Below are positions 38,546-48,024 of a stretch of DNA of 64,000 bases, in pieces; within the stretch, counting starts at the first letter, position 1; every line of letters begins with the position of its first letter. The stretch is taken from the NCBI GenBank assembly GCA_016186115.1, contig JACPMK010000002.1, forward strand, positions 8,983 through 72,982, given 5' to 3'. The notes beneath the pieces were generated by a model. The model searched no databases and had not been told where the DNA came from. It was given only the letters and a program-made list of their open reading frames with translations. A program made the translations under genes and the position numbers. This DNA comes from Candidatus Wildermuthbacteria bacterium (lineage in GTDB: Bacteria > Patescibacteriota > Minisyncoccia > Minisyncoccales > UBA10102).

Positions 38546-39654
38546 ACTGTTTTTTGTTTGGATATATTAAGCAAAATTCCAAGAGCAATCAACTCGGTCA
38601 CGAGCGCTGACCCCCCATAGCTTATAAATGGAAGCGGAATCCCGGTCATGGGCAGAAGACGGATCATGGCCCCGATATTGATGAATGCCTGTAGCGTGAT
38701 CCACCATACGATCCCTGTGGCGACAAGGCCCGAAAACTGGTCGGGAGCCCTTCTTGCCACCACAAACCCTCTCCAGCAAAACGCAAGAAAAAGCGCGATT
38801 AGGAGGAATGCCCCAGCGAATCCTGTCTCTTCGGCAAAGATCGCAAAAATAGAATCAGAGATTGGTTCGGGCAGAGTGCCAAATTTTTGAAAACTTAATC
38901 CCAGTCCAACTCCTGTCAATCCCCCCGAGCCAATGCCGATAAGAGCTTGTTTGATCTGGTACCCCTTTCCTAGCGGGTCTAAACTTGGATTAAGAAATAC
39001 AAGAAATCTGCTTAATCGATAGGGCGCAATCTGAACAAGAAAGAACAGGGCGGCTGTGCCCGTGGCGATCATCGAAAGCGTGTGCCATAAAGGAGTGGAG
39101 GCAAGGAAGTACATCGCGAGCCCTATCATAATAATAATTCCGAGCGTGCTTAGATCGGGCTGGAGAATAAGGAGGATTCCCATCACTCCGAGAATTCCCA
39201 AAAAGGGCAGGAGGAGTTCTTTCAATGCTCTTTGGGTTTTTATACCATTTTTTGCGCCAGTGGATCTTGATGTAAGAAAAGCAGCAACGTAAAGAATGGC
39301 AATAAACTTAATCAATTCCGAGGGTTGAATTGAAATGGGCCCCACAAAGATCCAGCGATGCGCTCCTCCCAAGTTTGACCCGACCCCCGGAATGAATACC
39401 ATGCCCAAAAGAATAATACCAATGCAAAGTAGAGCAAAACTCCATCGTTTAAGGAAAGACAGGGGGAAAAAGAAGGCAATGGTGCCGAGCAAAACGCCGG
39501 GCAAAACTCCAAAAAGAAGTTGATGATTAAGATAGTAAAAAGTGCTTCCGGTGCGCGAAATGGAAAACGATGCCGAGACGCTTGCGAGAATAAGAATTCC
39601 CAAAAACAGAAGCGCTGCACAAATACTCAAAAGAATGAAATCCGGTTTTCTCAT
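38542..39654 (-). CDS. ftsW: SEDS peptidoglycan polymerase FtsW
   Basis: QPSE, QPDL, GYQ, TGIPLPFISYGGS; overlaps murG start. Confidence 0.93.
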   Translation of the reverse strand: MRKPDFILLSICAALLFLGILILASVSASFSISRTGSTFYYLNHQLLFGVLPGVLLGTIAFFFPLSFLKRWSFALLCIGIILLGMVFIPGVGSNLGGAHRWIFVGPISIQPSELIKFIAILYVAAFLTSRSTGAKNGIKTQRALKELLLPFLGILGVMGILLILQPDLSTLGIIIMIGLAMYFLASTPLWHTLSMIATGTAALFFLVQIAPYRLSRFLVFLNPSLDPLGKGYQIKQALIGIGSGGLTGVGLGLSFQKFGTLPEPISDSIFAIFAEETGFAGAFLLIALFLAFCWRGFVVARRAPDQFSGLVATGIVWWITLQAFINIGAMIRLLPMTGIPLPFISYGGSALVTELIALGILLNISKQKTV

Positions 39655-39691
39655 GATTATTGTAGTGTATCATACTGCAGAGTGTTTCTCC

Positions 39692-39820
39692 AAAAGAAAA
39701 GGACCACTCAAGTGAGAGTGGCCTTTTTTATATGTGAGAAGGTGCTGTATCTGTTGAACTCTCGATAGGAGTGTCTCTACCCGAGACCAGGGGCTCAAAA
39801 ATTGAGAGCCGCAACAGCGT
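39692..39820 (-). ncRNA. Putative small RNA: four-way junction plus intrinsic terminator
   Basis: Promoter TTGACT(39855-39850)-17 nt-TATAAT(39832-39827); three hairpins closed by CUGUUG/CAACAG; terminator 39727-39697. Confidence 0.6.
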
Positions 39821-39882
39821 ATTTCTATTATATTGGAGTCAAACAGAGCAGTCAACATTTTGTTTTCCACATGGGATACGGG

Positions 39883-40995
39883 TTAGTGAGAGCTTAGCCA
39901 GATTGCTATGGCAGAAAAAATGCCAGCAAGAGTCCAGGCATACATCACAATGCGGGCTTCATCCCATCCTTTCATTTCAAAATGGTGATGCAGAGGAGCC
40001 ATGGCAAAAAGCCGTCTTCCAAAGAGTACGCGCCATGTCGTTTGCACCATTACCGAAGCAATTTCGATGAAAAATATTCCTCCGATAAGCGGCAAAAGCA
40101 CTACTCGATCAAGCGCAAATGCAATTGCCGTAAGTATAATCCCCAATCCCAGCGATGCCACGTCTCCCATCTGATATTTTGCAGGTTTGATATTGAATAA
40201 CAAATATCCAAGTAATGCTCCCATAATGGTTGCAATGAGAAAGGCGAGGTCCCTGCTCCCTTGTTGAATTGCGATAAAGAGATAGGATCCGAAAGCGAAA
40301 AGAAGGGTTCCGGCAGATAGCCCATCAATGCCATCGGTGATATTCACCGCATTTGCCATAAACATTACGAGAAAAATGATGATAGGAATAATAAAGAGCC
40401 CAACATCAATAAGTCCAATCCATGGAAGCCACAAGCTTGTCCATCCAAGCTTAAAGGAAAGCCACCAGGCAATAATAATTCCGATTAAAAACTGCACCAG
40501 AATTTTTTCATGTGCTTGAATACCATGCCCGGGATGAGATCCGAGCAGATAAAAGAATCGTTTGTAGCACTGCCATGGGAAGGTTATGACATACCACACA
40601 CGCATTTTTAATTCTTTATGCTTGCGGATTAACAATCCGATACGCCCCAAGGTGCGCACCGGCCTTGAACTTCTCGCAAAAATGTTCAATAAATCGTCAG
40701 CTCCTCCTAATAATGCGGAAAGAAGAAATACTCCGATTGGAACATAGGTTGTAGCGCGATGCCAATTGAAAAGCATGGTTAGAGCAGTGATCACCACTAC
40801 CAGAATCATTCCGCCCATAATGGGTGTCCCCTTTTTCATCAGGCGTCCCTCAATAAGAAATGAAAAATCGCGTTCGTCTTTTCTTACGACTCCAAATTTT
40901 TTCAGTAACCGAATAAGAAAAGGAGAACCCAAAATGGTAAGAAGAAGGGCAGAGGAAAAAAATATAAATACGGAGTCGCTAAAGGATAACTGCAT
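39883..40995 (-). CDS. mraY: Phospho-N-acetylmuramoyl-pentapeptide transferase
   Basis: KKGTPIMGG, DD, NAVNITDGIDGL, MGD, MAPLHHHFE. Confidence 0.95.
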   Translation of the reverse strand: MQLSFSDSVFIFFSSALLLTILGSPFLIRLLKKFGVVRKDERDFSFLIEGRLMKKGTPIMGGMILVVVITALTMLFNWHRATTYVPIGVFLLSALLGGADDLLNIFARSSRPVRTLGRIGLLIRKHKELKMRVWYVITFPWQCYKRFFYLLGSHPGHGIQAHEKILVQFLIGIIIAWWLSFKLGWTSLWLPWIGLIDVGLFIIPIIIFLVMFMANAVNITDGIDGLSAGTLLFAFGSYLFIAIQQGSRDLAFLIATIMGALLGYLLFNIKPAKYQMGDVASLGLGIILTAIAFALDRVVLLPLIGGIFFIEIASVMVQTTWRVLFGRRLFAMAPLHHHFEMKGWDEARIVMYAWTLAGIFSAIAIWLSSH

Positions 40996-40998
40996 ATG

Positions 40999-41793
40999 CT
41001 AAGGGTGAGAAAGAAATAAGGGGTGATAAAGCTCCGGCTTTCCTAGGCGCAGGGTAGTGTGCCCGGTATCTGGAAATTCCTGCCATTCTTGCTGTTCTAA
41101 TGGATTTTGCATCTCGCGGATAGCAATTATTCCATTTTTTATGCCGAATCCATTATTTTCTCTCACGGATTGAGCGTAAAAAATGCGTATCGGATCCTTG
41201 TTTTCATTATATTCTACCCGAGTAGTTAGAAGCGCATGATCAATTTCTGCGTTTGTATCAGCTCTATCTGCTATGTACTGAAAACGGATTAAGTCACCTG
41301 GTCGGATTTCTCTCACATCTCGGAACTTTTTTGCATTTGGTTCATTGGTAAGAGTTTCAATATCAATATGAGTAAATGGGCGGAAAAAAGCAGCAATTCT
41401 CCCTGCCGCGCCCCTATGAGGAAATCGTAAAACCTGATATATCCGTTTTCCATTTATCTGTTTAAGCCATGCATCGAAAACATGGGCAATAAAGCCCGAG
41501 CAATCAATGCCAAGCTTACGCTTCCTCATAATATCTCGTATTTCTTCTTCTTGCATAAGGGAAAAATTTCTCCCCTCGAGCTTTTCTATCATATGGATCT
41601 CATCGGCAATTTCTTTTGGAGATCCCTTTCCAGAAAAGGCATTAAGACCCCATCGTTCTCTTCCGCTTCTTGGATTACGGTAATATGGGCAACGAATTCG
41701 TTTTTCTGCTTTAATAGGAAGATACTCGTATTGCTCGATTACTTTTTGAGCCGCAACGGGTATATCGGATATATTTTTATCTGTTGTAATCAT
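40999..41793 (-). CDS. NlpC/P60-like cysteine peptidase
   Basis: GIDCSGF, RPGDLI and a downstream His (IDHALL). Confidence 0.7.
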   Translation of the reverse strand: MITTDKNISDIPVAAQKVIEQYEYLPIKAEKRIRCPYYRNPRSGRERWGLNAFSGKGSPKEIADEIHMIEKLEGRNFSLMQEEEIRDIMRKRKLGIDCSGFIAHVFDAWLKQINGKRIYQVLRFPHRGAAGRIAAFFRPFTHIDIETLTNEPNAKKFRDVREIRPGDLIRFQYIADRADTNAEIDHALLTTRVEYNENKDPIRIFYAQSVRENNGFGIKNGIIAIREMQNPLEQQEWQEFPDTGHTTLRLGKPELYHPLFLSHP

Positions 41794-42988
41794 AGTATTG
41801 AATACGAAAAAGTTCTTCATTCTCCCCTACTTTTTTCATGCGGCTGGGCAAGACATTGGGAACATTGGGAAATAAAATTGTGTTTGCAAGTATTTCTTTT
41901 TCTGATTTATTACGGTAGAGAATTTGATATGCTGGAAACGGCAGCAGCAAAGGAGGATGGAGTTCCTCATCCGGAATAAATCCATTGTTCCTCATCATAT
42001 CATGAATCCAGATGAAAAAAAGAGGCAACTTCCCTATTTTCCAGTGAAGTTTTGCTTCAAAGGAAATACTTGCCGGCTGATGGGTATTCACCTCAATAAA
42101 GTATACTTTTTTTGTTTTTTGCCCTACTAATACATCAATGCCAAACAATCCGATATACCCCTCTTGATGCATTTTTTGTCCTACTTTCTCCAAAATAAGC
42201 TGAATTTGTTCTTGTTGGCTTGAAGTGAGATTTTCTGCCGGTTTTTGGAAATCATTCCCTACCGTAGCAAGAGGATTATTGGTTGCTTCTTTCAAGCCCG
42301 TAAGCTGCATGCTTATTGAGCCGTGATAAACAGAGCCATTTTTTGCGACCAATCCATTCAGAGTATAGCTTTCTCCATGCAGAAATGGCGAAACCCGTAC
42401 TTGCCGTTCTGGAAATTTCTCAATGAGCGGTTTTATATCTTGGAGAGAATGGATGAGAAGTGTTCCGCCTCCGCTGTGTCCAATATTAAACTGTGCTATA
42501 ACCGGATATTGTTTCGCTCGTATTTTCGAAGGAAATTGTTTTAATGAAAAAATTTTTGTAGGAACAAATGGAACAGCCGTGTGCAATTTTTCGTATTGGC
42601 TCAATTTATTTTCAAAAATTGTGGCGATTTCTGCTTTTGGAGTCCATAAATTCCAACCCTTCTTTTCGCATAGGTCTTCTATTAATTGCGATGTTTTTAA
42701 AACAATAATCGCTACCGGATTTTTCTTTTCCTCTTGCTGAATATATTTTTGTACAGCAGGAAATTGAAGCATTCCGTAACTCCCCCTTTCTAAGATCCTA
42801 TCGAGTTCCTTTTTTTCTAAATGTTCTTCGAGAATAAAAAGAGGAGTTCCTTGAGAATGAAGTTCTTCTGTAAGTTTGCTTTTGTAGGGGCAAATAACGT
42901 GATAGTTTGGTATCACGCTTTCTGTGCCCGTAGCCCGTTCAGGATCAAGCGCCACATAGAAAATTGTATACGAATTTTCTTTTTGCAT
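41777..42988 (-). CDS. ATP-grasp ligase
   Basis: ENKLSQY, GHSGGGT loop, GLFGIDVL, FIEVN. Confidence 0.8.
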   Translation of the reverse strand: MQKENSYTIFYVALDPERATGTESVIPNYHVICPYKSKLTEELHSQGTPLFILEEHLEKKELDRILERGSYGMLQFPAVQKYIQQEEKKNPVAIIVLKTSQLIEDLCEKKGWNLWTPKAEIATIFENKLSQYEKLHTAVPFVPTKIFSLKQFPSKIRAKQYPVIAQFNIGHSGGGTLLIHSLQDIKPLIEKFPERQVRVSPFLHGESYTLNGLVAKNGSVYHGSISMQLTGLKEATNNPLATVGNDFQKPAENLTSSQQEQIQLILEKVGQKMHQEGYIGLFGIDVLVGQKTKKVYFIEVNTHQPASISFEAKLHWKIGKLPLFFIWIHDMMRNNGFIPDEELHPPLLLPFPAYQILYRNKSEKEILANTILFPNVPNVLPSRMKKVGENEELFRIQYYDYNR

Positions 42989-42994
42989 TATATA

Positions 42995-43927
42995 TTAATT
43001 TGTTGCGATGCAAATTGTTTTTGCGTTTCGATGTTGCGGATGAATTGTGCGATGTTTCTGAACTGCGGCGAAGGTAAGTAAGCTTTCCGGGCCGAACTTT
43101 CTGGAAGGATTTTCTATCGCTTGTTCCGTGGTAGAGAGTTCTTGCTTTGAAATTATGTATCCCCCGCCCTTCGTATTATTGAGAATATGGAGAATTTCAT
43201 TCTTTCGGTGCGCAATGCGATCGATAACCGCTCTTGCTGGGTGCTCTTTTTCGGGTGTAAATTCTTTGTCAAAAATCTCGGCAATGGGATGAACCATAGT
43301 GGTTTGCACGCAATAAATGCGCGGAATTTGGATGTTCTGCTGTTCCAAAATTTTATAGCCAGCATAGAGGCCAGCAATGGTCGCGCCGGAAGATGTTGGG
43401 ACAAAGATTTCTTCGACCTCGCCATACTCTTTTGCAAGCTCGAAAGCAAGGGTTTTGTATCCTTCGATTGCCAAGGAGTCAACTGATGCGCGAAGGTATG
43501 GAATATGATGATTTTTGCTCCATTGGAACGCTTCTTTTTTTGGGGTGTTGCTTTGGTGCAGAATGCTGATGGGAAATTGTTTGAGATATCGAAGTCGATC
43601 TTCTGGGAAATCTTTACGGACAAATATATGGAGTTTTATGCTTGCCAGTTTGCAATAATACGCAGCAGATTTTGCGGCGCTTCCCGATGAAGATATCACA
43701 AGTTCGGGAGTGTCTTGCATATGCCAATACGAAACCCAATACTGAAAAGAGCGATCTTTGTGCGTTGCAGTGGGGTTGGCGCTCTCATCTTTAATCCAGA
43801 TGTTTTCTCGTTCCCCCTTTGACGCGGTATAGTTTAGTTGATAGAGTGGAGTTGGGCGTATGATTCCGGAGAGTTGGAATTTCTCTGGAATAGGGGTCGA
43901 AAAATAATTGTTATATTCCCAAAACAT
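42995..43927 (-). CDS. Fold-type II PLP enzyme (threonine synthase-like)
   Basis: TPL, KDESANPTATHKDR, SSSGSA, GYKTLAFEL, VPTSSG. Confidence 0.82.
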   Translation of the reverse strand: MFWEYNNYFSTPIPEKFQLSGIIRPTPLYQLNYTASKGERENIWIKDESANPTATHKDRSFQYWVSYWHMQDTPELVISSSGSAAKSAAYYCKLASIKLHIFVRKDFPEDRLRYLKQFPISILHQSNTPKKEAFQWSKNHHIPYLRASVDSLAIEGYKTLAFELAKEYGEVEEIFVPTSSGATIAGLYAGYKILEQQNIQIPRIYCVQTTMVHPIAEIFDKEFTPEKEHPARAVIDRIAHRKNEILHILNNTKGGGYIISKQELSTTEQAIENPSRKFGPESLLTFAAVQKHRTIHPQHRNAKTICIATN

Positions 43928-43929
43928 AT

Positions 43930-44115
43930 ATGGCAGAGGAAAAGAAACAAATTGATGTTCAGTGTCTTGAATGCAAAAATATCAATAAACTGTCTGAAGA
44001 CGATGCCAAGGTTGGACGGTGGTTTGAATGCAAATTCTGCGGAACAACCTACGAGATTACGGGAGTAAAGCCGGATGGTTCGTTGGAGTTGCACCCGATC
44101 GAAGAAGAGAAATAG
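43930..44115 (+). CDS. LysW-like zinc-ribbon protein (possible amino-group carrier), C-terminus IEEEK
   Basis: CLEC...ECKFCGTTYEI, 61 aa, acidic tail; lacks the canonical EDWGE end. Confidence 0.7.
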   Translation: MAEEKKQIDVQCLECKNINKLSEDDAKVGRWFECKFCGTTYEITGVKPDGSLELHPIEEEK

Positions 44116-45409
44116 TTTCCTCAATCATTCCGCGGAATCCTTTCTGACTCATAAAAGCAATCACGCCTTTTTGCTTGGATTGTCGCCAGTGCGCGGCAAT
44201 TTTTGTTATACGCCTGATTAATTCCACATCGCTGGGGATATATTCCATGTGTTGATAATTTCCAGAAAATTTCTTCCAGAGCCGTTCATTAAAATGAGCA
44301 ATTGTTTCACGTGCCGCACTCACGCGCGGCAGCAAAATATAATCTGTCTTGGCAAAGCAGGTTGCATAGGATTTTTGATTGAGCGCCTTGGTGTTTCTGC
44401 TGCCGGGTTCGTACACCGCCAGTATTTTTCTTTGAGGATACTGTTCTTGAAGTGTTTCTAATACCCCCTCAACTTTTTCTGGCGAATGAGCATTATCATC
44501 GATAATAACAATCCCCTTTTCATCATATCTTACTTCTTGTCTTCGTTTTACCCCTTGAAAGGTATCAAGTGCTTTTCGAATAATTGGATTTGATATGCCG
44601 ATTGCTTTTGCCAATACTGCTGCTGCTTGGCTGTTTTCACGCCAGGCCTTGCCTTTGAACGGCGGTGTAAAGTGTAATTCCCGATCTTCGTTGTACCATA
44701 GCACTTTCTTGGTGGTGTTTTTGAGAAGTTCTTTCAGATACTCCCCTTCTGCGTTTGCTATGATAGCTCCTTCTTTCGGCATTTTTGCAACTAATTTTCT
44801 AAAAATTTCTCTGTAAGATTTTTTCGTTGGGTAGATATCCATGTGGTCCCATGTGATACCGGTGAGAATCAAAAACCGCGGATGATATTCAAGAAACTTT
44901 GCGGTTTTTTTCCAGTTTGCGACCGGATATTCATCTCCTTCCATCACGCTCCACGAGGAATCGGTTTTGCGAATGCCGTCGGGAAAATTTTTGGCAATTC
45001 CCCCGATCATAAAATTTGGGTTATGCCCCGCAACTTCCAAAATCCACGTCACCAATGCCGTGGTGGAGGTTTTTCCTTTGGACCCTGCCACTACGATCGC
45101 ATTTTTCCCTTCTATCAATTGCGGCAGAACTTCGGCGTATGCTTTGTACGGAATTTTGTGCTGGATGGCGAACTTCAGTTCGGGATTTTTCTTGGTTATA
45201 AAAGCCATAACCACGCATAAGTCTGGCTTGGGGTTGAGGTGCTCCTCTTTATAGCCCGGCATAACGGTAATCCCGTTTTGCTCCAAATATGTGCTCATAG
45301 GCGGGAAAAACGCCCTATCGGATCCCGTAACCTTCCAGCCCATTTTTTTGTACAGCACTGCCAAGGGAGCCATTGTCACCCCCGCAACTCCTATAAAATG
45401 CACGTGCAT
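44057..45409 (-). CDS. Mpl/MurC-family Mur ligase
   Basis: HVHFIGVAGVTMAPLA, FFPPMS (Mpl-like), GSKGKTSTT, EGDEY, GVKRRQE, DDNAHSP. Confidence 0.88.
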   Translation of the reverse strand: MHVHFIGVAGVTMAPLAVLYKKMGWKVTGSDRAFFPPMSTYLEQNGITVMPGYKEEHLNPKPDLCVVMAFITKKNPELKFAIQHKIPYKAYAEVLPQLIEGKNAIVVAGSKGKTSTTALVTWILEVAGHNPNFMIGGIAKNFPDGIRKTDSSWSVMEGDEYPVANWKKTAKFLEYHPRFLILTGITWDHMDIYPTKKSYREIFRKLVAKMPKEGAIIANAEGEYLKELLKNTTKKVLWYNEDRELHFTPPFKGKAWRENSQAAAVLAKAIGISNPIIRKALDTFQGVKRRQEVRYDEKGIVIIDDNAHSPEKVEGVLETLQEQYPQRKILAVYEPGSRNTKALNQKSYATCFAKTDYILLPRVSAARETIAHFNERLWKKFSGNYQHMEYIPSDVELIRRITKIAAHWRQSKQKGVIAFMSQKGFRGMIEETISLLRSGATPTNHPALLP

Positions 45410-45447
45410 ATTCTTAACCCTAGCACAAAAGCGCCAAGAGTGGAATA

Positions 45448-46662
45448 ATGGATATCATGCGTTTTCCTGAAGCAAAAAGCATTACCAAAACAGCAACAAT
45501 TTCCCATTTTTTGCTGATGCTGGGGTATAAAACCTTTTCTTTTTTCTTTCCCCTGTTTTTGCTTCAGCAGGGATTGTCCATTCCGCAGGTGGGGTATGTG
45601 TACTTGTTGTTGTACTTGCCCATGGTGCTGTTTTCGCCATTAGTTGGATTTTTCAATCGTAAAATCAATCCTTCGTTTTTCATTATTTTCGGCATTGCAG
45701 GATACGCCCTGTATGCCTTTGCCATGATTGTGAGCGGGCCTTCGCCGATATTTTTCGCGGCGCAAGTGTTGCTTGGACTTGCCGCTGCTTTGTTCTTTGT
45801 ATCTTTTCGGGCTCTTCTGATTGGCGCCCGGCTGCCCCAGCCCGATCGATCATTTGGCTGGTTTTATTCTGCTCCCGTTTATGGGGAAGCTGTAGCTCCG
45901 GTGCTGGGTTCTCTTATCATTTGGCAATTTGGATTTGTGGGTGTGTTTATTGTAAGTTTATTCATCCATATCGCAAACGCCGTGTTTACTTTTTTTGCGC
46001 TTCGTTCTGCCGGCACAAAGCTCAAAGAGGGCGTTTCCTTGCCAGAACTTGGCACGCGATATGTTGCCATTGGAAAAGGTCTGCTCAACCGGACGATTCT
46101 ACCCATTATTATCATTTCCTTGAGCATTCTTTTTTCTGCGGGAATATATCGTTCTTTCTTTGTGGTATTTTTGAAAGATCTCGGATGGACCCAGAATTCC
46201 ATTCTGCTGTATGGTTCTCTTTCTTCGATTCTTTTTATTCCTTTTTCACTTCTGCTCATTCGATATCTCGGAAAACATCACAGTTTTGCCAATGTGCGCA
46301 ATGGAGTGTTTGTCTATGGCGTGAGTTCTGTGGTGTTCGGGTTCTTTGCTCCCCTGCTCCATTTTGTTGGCGTGCTCTTTCTTATGCTGATTCACGACAT
46401 TGGTTCAATCATGGCAAACTCGGGAAGGTCAGGGTTACTTTCGCGCACATTTTTCCGTTATCCTCACGAAACGGCAGTGGTGGATACTCTTTTTTCTCCG
46501 TTGGGGACCGCGTTGGGCTCATTGGTTGCGGCGCTCCTTATCGGAGTAATAGGATTTGTCGGATTGTTTGTTGGCAGCGGCGCATTTGTGTTGGCGTTAG
46601 GAATATTTATTTTCATGCTAAGCAAGCGCCTCGCGCTTCAACAAAAAACCCTTCCTCAATAA
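45448..46662 (+). CDS. MFS transporter
   Basis: 404 aa, about 12 TM segments. Confidence 0.8.
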   Translation: MDIMRFPEAKSITKTATISHFLLMLGYKTFSFFFPLFLLQQGLSIPQVGYVYLLLYLPMVLFSPLVGFFNRKINPSFFIIFGIAGYALYAFAMIVSGPSPIFFAAQVLLGLAAALFFVSFRALLIGARLPQPDRSFGWFYSAPVYGEAVAPVLGSLIIWQFGFVGVFIVSLFIHIANAVFTFFALRSAGTKLKEGVSLPELGTRYVAIGKGLLNRTILPIIIISLSILFSAGIYRSFFVVFLKDLGWTQNSILLYGSLSSILFIPFSLLLIRYLGKHHSFANVRNGVFVYGVSSVVFGFFAPLLHFVGVLFLMLIHDIGSIMANSGRSGLLSRTFFRYPHETAVVDTLFSPLGTALGSLVAALLIGVIGFVGLFVGSGAFVLALGIFIFMLSKRLALQQKTLPQ

Positions 46663-46717
46663 AAATAGCGCCCGTAGCGATTTCTCGCTCGGGCGCTTTT
46701 GAGGTTTTGCGACTTGT

Positions 46718-47830
46718 TTATAGGATGCGCTCGAGGGCGCGGCGGACAAAGTCGGGGTCGCGGATGGCGTCGCCAACCGGGAGGCCGGTTTCTTTCTCGA
46801 TGCGCCGGGTTTCGTTTGTGATTTCTTCATCGGTCATGCCGGCGGTATTAAGAGCAACCGCAACAACTCTTGCGTTGCGGTATCGCGGAAGAATCGCTGC
46901 TTCGTAGTGCGCGATTGCCTCGGGAATACTTGGAAGTTTTACTAATGAAGATCCGATGGAATGTTTTCGTTGTGGCCGATGCACCAGAACCAAATGGGTT
47001 GGAACTGCCCCATGCAAAAGCGAAATGGTAGTGTTGGAAAATGCAGGATGATACAAACTCCCCTGCCCTTCCACAAAAAATGTTTCATACTCTTTGGCGT
47101 CTTTTTCCAAAATCATTTTTTCAACTGCGCCCGCCATAAAATCAGCAGGCAAAGCATCAATGGAATACCCCCATCCTTCGATCATAATGCAAGTTTGGCC
47201 AGTTGGAATCATGCATGATTTGATTCCCTTTTGCAACGCCGCCTTGTACAGTTCATAAGAAACAGTCATTTTGCCCAAGGCCGCATCAGTCCCCACAGTG
47301 AGCACGATTGGTTTTTTGATGTGATATGCTTTGGCAGAGCAAATGGGAATTTCTTGGAGATTAACATCGCTCCGCACGTCCCAAATCACAGCTTTTGATT
47401 TTTCTGCCGCATGCCGGAATTTTTCGTTTTCTTTCAGCGAATAATGCAGTCCTGAAACAATATGCATCCCCTGCTCTAAAGCCCAGACAATGTCGTCTTC
47501 CCATTCTTTTGGCAATTCTCCGCCTTCGGGGGCCGCGCCCAAGATTAATATGGTCGCTCGGGTCTTTGTTTGGGCCTCTTTGAACGAAGAGAAAATGGGT
47601 AGGTCTGCATTTTTGCAATTTTCGAGATATGCTCTTAAAACTTCTTTTGCGCTCCTTTCCGTCGCCTTTGAATCCACAATCCCCCCTATCGGATAGCTTG
47701 CGTAACGCAAAATCCCGTCTGCGGTTTTGGCGCGCATGGGAAATTTTGCCCTTGCTTGGCTGCCGAAAACTCCCTCGGCATAAATTAGGGAGACATGTTT
47801 GTTTAGATCAATCGGAGCATTTCCATTCAT
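46718..47830 (-). CDS. DUF1611 (DgcN-like) P-loop protein
   Basis: VSGLH, VGTDAALGKMT, TGQT, VEGQGSL, LLHGA. Confidence 0.88.
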   Translation of the reverse strand: MNGNAPIDLNKHVSLIYAEGVFGSQARAKFPMRAKTADGILRYASYPIGGIVDSKATERSAKEVLRAYLENCKNADLPIFSSFKEAQTKTRATILILGAAPEGGELPKEWEDDIVWALEQGMHIVSGLHYSLKENEKFRHAAEKSKAVIWDVRSDVNLQEIPICSAKAYHIKKPIVLTVGTDAALGKMTVSYELYKAALQKGIKSCMIPTGQTCIMIEGWGYSIDALPADFMAGAVEKMILEKDAKEYETFFVEGQGSLYHPAFSNTTISLLHGAVPTHLVLVHRPQRKHSIGSSLVKLPSIPEAIAHYEAAILPRYRNARVVAVALNTAGMTDEEITNETRRIEKETGLPVGDAIRDPDFVRRALERIL

Positions 47831-47902
47831 GCAAATAATTGTTCAGTATACTATGTTTAATTCCTAATTCCTAATTTTTAATGTTTAATGAAAAAAGAGC
47901 GA

Positions 47903-48018
47903 GCCATGTCCCTAAAGGGAACCCTTCGCAGTGCGACGGCACGACCTGCCTGCCGGCAGGCAGGGAAAAGAGCAAATTTCCAGCAGGAAATTATGCGTGT
48001 TCCCTGAGGGGATATGGC
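47903..48018. other. 116-bp multibranch stem-loop containing a perfect 20-bp palindrome
   Basis: gccatgtccct/ggggatatggc and agggaac/gttccct closing stems; cctgcctgccggcaggcagg at 47945-47964. Confidence 0.6.
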
Positions 48019-48024
48019 GATCGA

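Noticed and set aside
39670..39870. 66-aa minus-strand ORF between mraY and ftsW
   Set aside because: Starts upstream of the promoter, runs through a terminator, has no SD or motifs
45921..46907. 328-aa alternative-frame ORF
   Set aside because: Overlaps the MFS gene and the DUF1611 end; composition is not protein-like
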